64,000 bases of DNA from positions 124,876 to 188,875 of the forward strand of contig JAYTHY010000046.1 of assembly GCA_043732185.1 (NCBI GenBank). The letters run 5' to 3'. Made by a program: the position numbers and the translations under genes. Of this stretch, positions 41,805 through 51,800 are shown in pieces. Every line of letters begins with the position of its first letter. The first letter of the stretch is position 1. Source of the DNA: Fibrobacteria bacterium (GTDB taxonomy: Bacteria > Fibrobacterota > Fibrobacteria > UBA11236). The notes beneath the pieces were generated by a model. That model was not told the origin of the DNA. It searched no databases and saw only the letters and a list, made by a program, of their open reading frames with translations.

Positions 41805-43199
41805 ATGTCAGAACAGGATCGTTTCAATCAAGCCCGGACGCTCGTTTCCCGCCACGGCCAGGAGCATCTACTTCAATTTATCGATGAACTGCCACAAGCG
41901 GAAAAGAATTTCCTAATTGACCAAATTCTTTCCGTCGATTTTTCTGAACTTGCCCACCTGCATAAACAGCTTGTCACCGGGAAATCCAAAGAAAGTTTTG
42001 CCGAAGTTTTTGAACCCTTGCCGGCCCGCAACTGGGATGAGTATGCCATTACCGAGCGAGCAACAATGTCCAATCAAGGGATGCGCGCCTTGCGGGAAGG
42101 AAAAGTCGCTGCCTTTCTAGTTGCGGGAGGACAGGGCACGCGCCTTGGGCATGCAGGGCCTAAAGGCGTATTCGATATTGGCTTGCCGTCCCATAAATCC
42201 TTGTTCCAGATTCAGGCAGAACGGCTACGCAGTTTGTCCCGTCAATCTGGAAAGATCATCCCGTGGTACATCATGACGAGTATCGAAAACCATGCGGAAA
42301 CAGTGGCTTACTTTAGGGAAAACAATTGGTTTGAAATTCCCCAAAGCGACATCTTGTTTTTCCAACAAGGTGAAATGCCATTGGTGGACGAACAAGGCCG
42401 GATCCTGCTTGCGTCCAAGGGGCAATTGGCAATGGGAGCGAATGGCAACGGAGGGTGTTTTCTAGCGCTCTCCAAAAGTGGCGCATTGGAGGATATGCGC
42501 AGACGCGGCGTTGAGTACATATTTGTCTACAGCGTAGACAACGCCCTAGTGCGTATTTGCGATCCGCGCTTTTTAGGATTCGCAATACAGTCGGGTCTAC
42601 CTATTGCCAGTAAGGCCGTGGTCAAAGCCGCACCTAGTGAAAAGGTGGGCGTACTCTGCCGACGCAATGGCCGGCCCTCGATTCTGGAATACTCGGAAAT
42701 GACTGAAGACATGCTGACAGCGCAGGATAACCACGGAATGCCTTTATATGCATCAGCTAATATTGCCGTGCATCTTTTTACCAGAAACTTTTTGGAAAAG
42801 CATTGTGCAGCCTCACTTCCCTTCCATCTGGCTCATAAGCGCATCCCGTACATTGACCCCGAGGGCAACCTGGTCCATCCAACCGCACCCAACGCCTACA
42901 AATTTGAAATGTTCATGTTCGATCTATTCCCTCTGGCCCAGGACATGGCAGCCCTCTTGGTTAAAAGAGAAGAGGAATTTGCTCCCGTCAAAAATAAGGA
43001 TGGCGTGGACAGTCCTGGTACAGCCCGGGCTATGCTATTAAACTTACACCGCAACTGGGCCCTGGCTGCCGGCCTATCCCAAGAAGAACTCCAAAACAGG
43101 ATAGTGGAAATCTCACCTCTGGTTTCTTATGCAGGCGAAGGTTTGGACCCCGGCTTCATTCGCTCTCAGCTCAAAATTCCCAGCATACCTTTGACATAA
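41805..43199 (+). CDS. UDP-N-acetylglucosamine pyrophosphorylase, UAP1/UDPGP type
   Basis: LVAGGQGTRLG..GPKG, GNGG, VDN, EKVGV, EYSE, KFEMFMFD, REEEFAPVKN, EISP. Confidence 0.88.
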   Translation: MSEQDRFNQARTLVSRHGQEHLLQFIDELPQAEKNFLIDQILSVDFSELAHLHKQLVTGKSKESFAEVFEPLPARNWDEYAITERATMSNQGMRALREGKVAAFLVAGGQGTRLGHAGPKGVFDIGLPSHKSLFQIQAERLRSLSRQSGKIIPWYIMTSIENHAETVAYFRENNWFEIPQSDILFFQQGEMPLVDEQGRILLASKGQLAMGANGNGGCFLALSKSGALEDMRRRGVEYIFVYSVDNALVRICDPRFLGFAIQSGLPIASKAVVKAAPSEKVGVLCRRNGRPSILEYSEMTEDMLTAQDNHGMPLYASANIAVHLFTRNFLEKHCAASLPFHLAHKRIPYIDPEGNLVHPTAPNAYKFEMFMFDLFPLAQDMAALLVKREEEFAPVKNKDGVDSPGTARAMLLNLHRNWALAAGLSQEELQNRIVEISPLVSYAGEGLDPGFIRSQLKIPSIPLT

Positions 43200-43229
43200 T
43201 TGGGCTACATCTGGCACGGGTCGTATTAA

Positions 43230-43245
43230 TAAAGTATTGGCTTTA
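43230..43245. promoter_or_regulatory. Inverted repeat upstream of the SufR-like regulator, possible auto-operator
   Basis: TAAAG-tattgg-CTTTA with AT-rich symmetric flanks, 20 nt upstream of a TATATT hexamer. Confidence 0.4.
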
Positions 43246-43276
43246 ATTAATTTCAATGCGAGGGTATATTCTGGGT

Positions 43277-44008
43277 ATGACCATGAGTAAGCTTCCCAAG
43301 CAACCCACTACGCAGTCGCCAACTCCAAAAAATACCAGACTAGCCATTCTTGACATTCTCAAGCGCGAGGGCCCACATAGTGCAGGAGGGCTAGCCCGTA
43401 GACTTGGTGTCACCCCCATGGCCATTGGACTGCAGCTTGCGTCCTTGGAACTGGAAAAAGTGGTGTTCCCTGATTCAGATCCAATTAGTAGTCCACACCG
43501 TGGCCGTCCCGTTCGGCAATGGCGACTGACTGAGACGGCAAACCGGGTTTTTCCAGATGCCCACGCCACATTGACTGTTGGCTTACTCCATTCCTTACAA
43601 GAGGTTTATGGCCAGGTAGGTATTGAAAAAATATTAGAGTCGCGGGCACGACAATATGTGGATGAGAACGAACATCATATTCCTAATGCCAGTGGTTTAA
43701 AGGAAAAAGTGAAGGCATTGGCAAACCTGCGCGACCGCGAAGGCTATATGGCCGAAGTCCAACCGCAATCGGGAGGCGGGTTCCTGTTGATTGAAAACCA
43801 CTGCCCAATCTGTACAGCTGCCAAAACCTGCCAAGCTATCTGTCAAAGCGAAATTCAAGCTTTCCAAAGTCTGATGGGTAACGAAGCCATAGTAACGCGC
43901 GAGGAACATATTCTAAGCGGGGATCGCCGTTGCGTGTATGCCATTCGCCCAGCCATTGTAAAGAAGAAAAAAGGGCCGGGGCAGGATAGCGCATTGTTTT
44001 TACATTAA
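43277..44008 (+). CDS. Winged-HTH metalloregulator, SufR-like
   Basis: TRLAILDILK...LGVTPMA, RGRPVRQWRLT, GYMAE, ENHCPIC...C...C..E, RRCVY. Confidence 0.85.
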   Translation: MTMSKLPKQPTTQSPTPKNTRLAILDILKREGPHSAGGLARRLGVTPMAIGLQLASLELEKVVFPDSDPISSPHRGRPVRQWRLTETANRVFPDAHATLTVGLLHSLQEVYGQVGIEKILESRARQYVDENEHHIPNASGLKEKVKALANLRDREGYMAEVQPQSGGGFLLIENHCPICTAAKTCQAICQSEIQAFQSLMGNEAIVTREEHILSGDRRCVYAIRPAIVKKKKGPGQDSALFLH

Positions 44009-44014
44009 TTCCTT

Positions 44015-44911
44015 ATGGTAATATCCACTTGCTTGCTTGCGCTCCTTTTAGCTAAACCAACTCCCGTTGAGCCCGTTTTCGACTCTACCCGGGCATTTCG
44101 TTATCTGACTGAGCAATGCGCATTCGGTCCGCGCATTAATGGAAGCGAAGGGCACCAACGCACTCAGGAATATTTTATCAAGCACTTTCAAATGTTGGGA
44201 TTTCAGTTGCTCCCCCAGAAGTTCGTGCATTCTGACATGGCGACAGGTACAAAAATGAATTGGACCAATTTCATTGCAAAAATCAAAGGCAAGGATGCGA
44301 AAGCGAAACCGGTTATCTTTTGCGCCCATTGGGATAGTCGACCTAGGGCAGATCAGGATCCCAATTTAGCCGTACGAGACCGGCCAATTCTGGGGGCCAA
44401 TGATGGCGCATCCGGTGCCGCCATTCTAATGGAGTTGGCCAACCTACTCGCGCAAAAGCCACCTCTACAAACGGTATATCTAGTGTTTTTCGATGGCGAA
44501 GATTATGGCAAGGAAGGCAATATCAGTGAATATTTTCTAGGTGCCCGCTATTTCGCGAAAAATCTCCCCGAAAAAAACATTGCCTATGCACTGCTTTTGG
44601 ACATGGTTGGGGATAGGGATTTAAATCTTTTCCGTGAACAAAACTCCCTGTCACAAAGCCCTACGATCGTTGAAAAAATATGGTCGAGGGCGCATGCCTT
44701 GGGTTTAAATGCTTTTAAGGATGGACCCGGGCCATCCGTTCTCGATGACCATATGCCCTTGCAAGCCGTGGGCCTTCCAGCCATAGACTTAATCGACTTC
44801 GATTACCCGGCGTGGCATACCTTGGGCGATACTCCCGATAAATGTTCTGCATTTAGTCTGGGCAATGTGGGAAGATTGGTGGCCAGCCTTGCCTTCAAAG
44901 GTTTACCTTAA
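44015..44911 (+). CDS. M28 family peptidase / glutaminyl cyclase-like, exported
   Basis: FGPR, AHWDSR, GANDGASG, FDGEDYG, LLDMVG, DDH, WHT..D. Confidence 0.9.
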   Translation: MVISTCLLALLLAKPTPVEPVFDSTRAFRYLTEQCAFGPRINGSEGHQRTQEYFIKHFQMLGFQLLPQKFVHSDMATGTKMNWTNFIAKIKGKDAKAKPVIFCAHWDSRPRADQDPNLAVRDRPILGANDGASGAAILMELANLLAQKPPLQTVYLVFFDGEDYGKEGNISEYFLGARYFAKNLPEKNIAYALLLDMVGDRDLNLFREQNSLSQSPTIVEKIWSRAHALGLNAFKDGPGPSVLDDHMPLQAVGLPAIDLIDFDYPAWHTLGDTPDKCSAFSLGNVGRLVASLAFKGLP

Positions 44912-45842
44912 AACCTTCAGTCTCAAGCTAGGTAGCCGCTTCGTCGGATTTTTATGCCTGGCAACCCTTAGGGTTCTGACTCAGCTTCCCCCGAATTTTC
45001 TCCATTCAATTTTTCATTGGACGATACCGATCTATTTCTGGATACGGCGTAAACAGGTGCAGCGGCTACGTAAATGTTTTACCGTCTCGCCCTTTTCACA
45101 AGACCTGAACCTCCTCTCCTATTACCGAATGCGGCTTCGGCTTTTTTTGATTGGGCTACGTCAGCATGGCAGATCACTTGAACCCGGCTCAATAACTGTT
45201 TTCGGTGATAGCCATTATAAATCGGCATTGACATCCGGCCGACCGGTAGTATTGCTCGGAGCGCATGCAGGATTGCTCGAACTGCTACATCAAGTACCGC
45301 TGGCACCAAAGGGGCGCCCCTTTTTGATTTTGACAGCTCCGGCATTTACTGATGCACTTTCAAAATTCATGGCCGCAGGAAGAAAAAGGGATGGGAAGGA
45401 TGTTATTTGGATGAGTGCACATCGATATACAAATCCGGTAGCCGGCAAAGGCTTGGCAGCTGGATTACGTCTTTTACTTAAAGAAAACGGCGTGCTGGCG
45501 ATGATGGTCGATCAAAATCCAAAACCAGAATTGGAGTCGGATTTTCTGCTTTTGTGGGATAAAATCTCCATTACTTATCCAGCTCGTTTATTAGAATTCT
45601 TAAGCAATTCAAATTGTCTGTTCGTTCCGGTATCCACATTTCTGCAGGCAAATGGCAAGTCCGTCTTTACTTTTCATCCACCATGGAATCCCCTAGGCAG
45701 GAAAAATGTAAAATCCAGTCCAGAAACTCTGGACCGAATCAATTTACGAACCTGGGTGCGCGGATTTATGGAGTCCACTATTTCCCAGGCGCCTCAACAA
45801 TGGAATTGGTCCTACCCCAAAATCCAGGCGCCTAGTATTTAG
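44865..45842 (+). CDS. LpxL/LpxP-like lysophospholipid acyltransferase family protein
   Basis: GRPVVLLGAHAGLLE (HX4E), MVDQ, C-terminal PQQWNW; start uncertain. Confidence 0.7.
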   Translation: MWEDWWPALPSKVYLKTFSLKLGSRFVGFLCLATLRVLTQLPPNFLHSIFHWTIPIYFWIRRKQVQRLRKCFTVSPFSQDLNLLSYYRMRLRLFLIGLRQHGRSLEPGSITVFGDSHYKSALTSGRPVVLLGAHAGLLELLHQVPLAPKGRPFLILTAPAFTDALSKFMAAGRKRDGKDVIWMSAHRYTNPVAGKGLAAGLRLLLKENGVLAMMVDQNPKPELESDFLLLWDKISITYPARLLEFLSNSNCLFVPVSTFLQANGKSVFTFHPPWNPLGRKNVKSSPETLDRINLRTWVRGFMESTISQAPQQWNWSYPKIQAPSI

Positions 45843-48800
45843 CGATAGTCCGGCGGCAACATGGCTTCATCGCCACCGTGCTTGCGGAAAGCTTTGAAGA
45901 AATCTTTGGCTTCCTTCTTCTGATATTTCTTATCCGCAACCACACCCGCAAAATAATAGGGTGAGGCATCATCGGGACAAATAGATATCGCGTACGTGCT
46001 GTTAGACTTACTGGTCTCATAATTTCCCGCAGCGAAATTGATCTTGGCGGATCCAATCAGTAATTCACAGGAATTGGGATTCCCTTCCAATGCTCTTTTA
46101 GCCAATACCAATGCGTCTGATTTCTTATTCTGGGCGAGCAGCACATCCCCCATGGCAACGACTGCCTTAGAATTTCCAGGCTGCAGTTCCAATGCTTTCG
46201 CGGCATGCTTCTCAGCTTCGTTTGGTTTACGCAATTTCAACAGGACACGGGCCCACAAGCATTCTGCATCCGCCGATTCGTCGGCGCTTACCGACTTTTG
46301 CAGGAAGTTTTCGGCAGCTTCAAATTTCTTTTCGGAATAAAAAGCCATCGCCAATCCCAGGAAACCCTTAGCTTGATTGGCGGGGTTGGCGTGCTGGGAA
46401 AGTTCCTTAAAATAGTTCTTCGCGTCCGTATTGCTGTTCTCATTAAGTAGACAAAGGCCAATATGATACACTGCATCCATCAGATCCGGGTTGTACTTGA
46501 TGGCCTGATCGAAATCCTTTTTGGCCTTGGTATAATCCTTTTCCTCAAAATAAGTTAGCCCCCGATAATGGTAGTAGTTTGGATTGTATTTGCTATCGCG
46601 GATGAGTCGCTCCAATACTTCCCTGGCCTTTGGCACTTCATGAGAAGCGAGACGGGCCTTTGCAAGGGAAAATAAGACCAAGCTGTCTTGGGAAAAATCG
46701 GAACTTTCTATGGTGTGAATGGCTTCGCGGTAATTTCCTTTATTTATTTGCAGTTCCGCCAATTTAGCCAATACAGGTGCCGAAGGCGATTTACTAAAAA
46801 GCGCATTGAATTCAACCAATGCATCTGCATTCCGTCCCTGCTTCATAAGACAGTCACCGTACATGAGGCGACCCGCCGAGGACAGGTTCTCTTTCACCGG
46901 TTCCAAAAGCCGGCTCGCTTCGGCAAATTCATCCTTGTTATAATTCATCCTCGCTAAAGCTTCGGCATAATCACCATTGGCTGGTGCAAGCAATTGCGCC
47001 TTGTGGAAATATCCCTCGGCTACACCCGGTTGGTTTCGTTCTGCGGCAATTTGACCCAGCCAGAAATAGGCCATGTGGTTACGAGGATCCTTTTTGACCA
47101 TGGCAGATAGAATGGACTCGGCTTTGTCCACATTCCCTTCCTCCTTGTAAATTCTGGCCAAACTGGTCATCACTCTTGGGCTGTTTTCGCCAAGATCCAC
47201 CGCGCGCTGAAAAGCCTTTTTGGCTCCGCTAATTTGCTTGGTCTCCAGCAAAGCATATCCGAAATTTGCCCAAATGGCCTTGTCGACATTTTTATTTGCA
47301 GTCACACGCGTGTACAAAGTAGTCGCCTCGACATATTTTCGCTCTGCAAAATAAATATCCGCTAAAGCGGAGGTGGCCTCCACATTTCCGGAATCAAGCC
47401 GCACGACATCAGCATAGGCGCCCATAAGCTCCGAAGTGGCATTGACTTCCTTGGTCATTTGCATCTTGGAAATGGCGATGGGCAGGCTTTGATCCTGCAA
47501 CTTGAATGCGCGCTTGTATGCCTGGAGGGAAGATGCATAGCGTTTATCGTTACGATAGGCATCGCCAAGATAACGCCAACCCGTTGAACTATCAGGAAAT
47601 TTGGCCAAGCCTATTTCTAACAGCTTAATTGCCCGGCTGTATTCTTTTCGGCCTGCCAATATCATGCCCAGATTCATGTTTGCGGAAGGTAGCGAAGGCA
47701 TTTTTTTAAGAATCATATCGTACTGAACTTCAGCTTTCTTGATATCGCCATGGGCACGATATATTTCCGCAAGCTCAACTCGATACTCAAAATTCTGAGG
47801 TTCGGTGGCCATGAGACGCTCCAACATCGCCAGCGTCCCCTTTTCATCGTTAGTCTTCTTATACAGATTGTACAATTCAACCAGGATTTTAATGTCCTTT
47901 GTCTTGGCATAGTAGCCTTCGTACACTTTAATGGCCTGTTCCGGTTCCTTGTTCGCAATGTAGGCTTGACCCAGCATGCTAAGCACATCTACGCGTTTCT
48001 CATCGGCTCGAGTCAAATTATTAATCGTTCCCTGCCAGTTTTTTTCCTCGAAGTAAATTTTTCCGAGATAGTAGAATGCTTCTTCAACTGGATGATTGCG
48101 GGTATAGGACTCCAAAATCTCCTTTGCTTTCGACTTGTTTTTGGTTTCGTAAAAAAGTACGGCCAAGGGCAAAGATTGCTTGGCTTCTTCCGGATATTTT
48201 CGGATGAGCTGCGGACCCAGTGCAGCCGCGCGATCCTTTTGTCCAAGCTTAAAGTAGCCGTCCAAAAGCAAAAAGGACATTTCTGCATCTAGCACGTCCT
48301 TAAATATTGGCCGCTCTAGAATGCGAACTGCATCCGCCGGACTTTTCAATTCTGATTCCAATCGCGCAAGGGAGAACGAAAGGGCTTTATCACTGGGCTT
48401 GAGCGAAACCAAGGTACGCAATCGCTCGCGGGCTAAGCCCTGATTTTTTTCGGTCAGATAAATGTTGTAGAGGGCCATATTAATGGCTTCATCGTTCTTG
48501 AACGTCCTGTCTGCAATCAGCAACGGATTCTTTGCCTTGGCCGCTTGGCCCGCAGCAACCAACGCCAATCCAAACTCCTTCTGATAAATCGGATTCGCCG
48601 AACTGAGCGTCACAGCTTTAGTTAGAAGATCCAAGGATTTTTCTTTATTACCGATCTTAGTGTAGGCCAAAGCTGCTTTGTATGCAATCTCGCCATTTTT
48701 AGGATTGAGCTCCGACACGTGCCCCAAAGCCTCAGCCAGTTTGGTGTTGTTTTTGGTTACAGTGTACAGGTCAACCAGTAAAGTCCAAGGCCTGACCTGT

Positions 48801-51800
48801 TCCGGCTCCAAGGCCACCCATCTCTGGAGTAATCCCGTCGCCATTTCAGTATTATTCATCGATACTGCAATTTCAGATCCATTTCGCAAGGCAGGCAAAT
48901 TGTTGTGGTCCTTTACCAGAATCTCGTTAAATAGATCAAGCGCTTTCGGGGTCTTACCCAAGGTTAAGGCATAATCACCCTTGAGTTCGACATCATCAGA
49001 GAAGGCTTCATACCCTTGCTTGAGTAGCCCGGCTCGGTAAGGAGAATCATGCTCTTTGGCGTATTTATAAACCTTTACGAAAAGCTTCCGATCTTTTTTT
49101 GCCATTCGAGCGGCCTCGAAATAGCTTTCATTGGCAAGTCCGCTCTTGTTTTGAAAGGCATACACATCACCAAGCGGCTCTGCCAACCCAGGATCCAGTT
49201 TGGCTTCCTGAGCAAGAAAACCTACAAAGGGCGCCATTTTCGCTACTGCACCCTTTTGATAGTAGGACTTGATTAGAATGACCTTGCCGCGTCTGAAGTC
49301 AGGATGAATGGCCACTAATTTTTCAATACCCGCAATATTCCCGGAGCGGACATAATCCACTTCAGCCAGCTGGAAGGCATAAATCAAATCAACTTTTTTA
49401 TTCCGATTGAGTCGAACCAAGGCGTCCATGAGCGTCGCCGTATCCTTTTGTTGATCCGCCAGACGGTGCATTGCCTTGAGCGCCGACTCATCATCGCCAT
49501 TGCGGCCAATCCAATCCGCGTACTGTTGCAACGCTCCTTTTAAATCCTTGGCCTTTTCCAATTCACTGGCGAGCAACAGCTGGTAGCCCTTATACTTTGG
49601 ATCCACCAAGACGATACGTTGGAGTGTGGACACATAGCCCTTTTGATTGGCTTCCAACTTGTAGAGGTTAGCAACGGATTCCAACAGTGCCAGATTATTG
49701 GGTTCAGTCAGCAATCGCCTCTCATAGAGACCTCGCGCTTTGGATTTTTGTCCTGAAAGCATATAGGCATCTGAAACCATCGGTTCCGTGGCACCCAAAG
49801 TAGAGTCGGTCTTGAGTAACCAATCCCATTCCTTGGCGGAATTGGAATAATCAAGATTCAGGAAATAGGCCTGAGCAAGTTTTTTCCGTTCCTCAACACT
49901 TGGACCACTTTGATTAAGAAATTTCAAGAGCGGAAGGTTTTGTTTGATTTCATCCTTGCTCGAAACATTACGTGAGTAGGCGCGCGCATAGGTAATATTC
50001 CCGGGCTCGAGCTGATAGGCGTGATGGAACTTGTCTACCGACTCCTTGTCCTTGCGTAGTTTTAATTCTGTTTCGCCGAGCCGGTACCAAATCTTTGCAT
50101 TAGAAGCACTCCCTTTGGCCGCATTGGTAAATGAAACCTCCGCGTCCTCATAATTTCCTTTGTCGAAATATAAGCTGCCCAATTCGAAATCATAACGCCC
50201 CCGCATTGCCGGTTCCAGGAGAACTAGTTTTTCCAAGACTTGGATATAAACATCTTCCTGTCCCGGACGTTTGGTCACCAGTGGCATTAAGAAGTGCCAT
50301 GAATTTGCATCCTTGGGATTCTTTTCCAACCACTGACACACATGGACAATTGCCCCAGCGGTATCCCGAACTGCAAGGTCCAATTCGGCAAGACGCATGT
50401 TCCATTTAGTAGCGCTTTCCGGATCGATTGCTATGTGGTTGCGAATGGCTTCCCGCATTTTGTCAGCTGGCTTCTTTGTGGCTGAAAAAGAATTCACGAG
50501 AATTTCACTGATCGTCTTGTCCTTGGAATTAAGAGGGTCTGCAGCCAGATATTTTTCTGCGAGACTTCCGGAAAGCTCAAAGCTTTTGGCGTCATACAGG
50601 GATACCACAGCATCTCTATTGCCTTCCAGTAGTTTGGGCGATTTTGCATACACTTCGGTAAAGTAGCGGGCTGCCATTAAGGAGTTCTTTTTCTTGGCAT
50701 AACCTCGTCCAACTAACATCTGCAATTCAGGACGAGCGCCCGGTACCGCTGCCAGTTTTTCCAGAGCAATAAAATTATCCATCACTTGTTGATCCGTAAC
50801 GATGGTTCTCGGAAGCATGGCTTTGTATTCGGGGTTTTGCGGTTGATTGCGCAAAGCTTTTGTGATATAGGTATAGGCTTGCTCACGGTCTTTTTCTTCC
50901 AAGAACATACTTGCCAATCGGAATTGGGCATCGTGCGCGGCTGGATCATTTTTATCAATGGTCAGCAGGACTTGACGCAATTCTGGAATACGGTTTTGGC
51001 TGGTCAGCAATGTGACGACTTTACCTTGCACTACCTGATTTTTGCCATCCAAAGCCAAGGTTTTTTGGTACATGCCCGTTGCCTTATCCAATTGTTTCTG
51101 CTCCTCATAGAGATTGGCTAATTGGAGGGTCAAATCCTTGCGCTGCGGATAAAAACGAACAAGCTGTTCCAAATCATCAGCCATGCGCTGTTTATTGCTC
51201 ATTTGTGTGTGAACGGCTAGCGCTTGTTCCCAGACTTTTGGTTCCTTAGGTTCCAAATTGATCCATTTGTCAAGCAAGAGTGCCGCGACAGGAACTTGTT
51301 TTAGAGTCATTGCAATGTCCAACGCTCTCGCAATCACCTTGACATCTGGCTCCTTTACAAGGACTTCCTGATAGATCTCTAGGGCCTTAGGCGTTTTACC
51401 CAAAGTTGCGGCGTAAGCGCGCTTGATATCCATTTCCTGTGGAAAGGATTCATATCCGATGCGTAAGATATCTGATAGGTAAGGCGATCCATTTGCCGCC
51501 GAGTACGTGTAAACCTTGGTATACACTTCTTTACTCTTGGGATTTGCAATTAATAAATCATGGTAAGCGGTATTCGCCAACATGGTTTTCTTTTGCATGG
51601 CATATAAATCGGCCAAGGGCTCAAGCAAGGTCTTGTCCGTTTTTGATTCGACTACAAGAAATCCAGATAACGGAATCAGTTTGGTCTTGGCATTTGTGCG
51701 AATATATTCACGAACCAATATGGCTTTACCTTGTTTATAATCAGGATGGAGAGTTACCAGCTTTTCCACTCCAATGATATTGCCAGAACGGCGGAAGTCG

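Noticed and set aside
43211..43227. CTGGCACG as a sigma-54 -24 box
   Set aside because: The required GC at -12 is missing (GTAT instead of TTGC).
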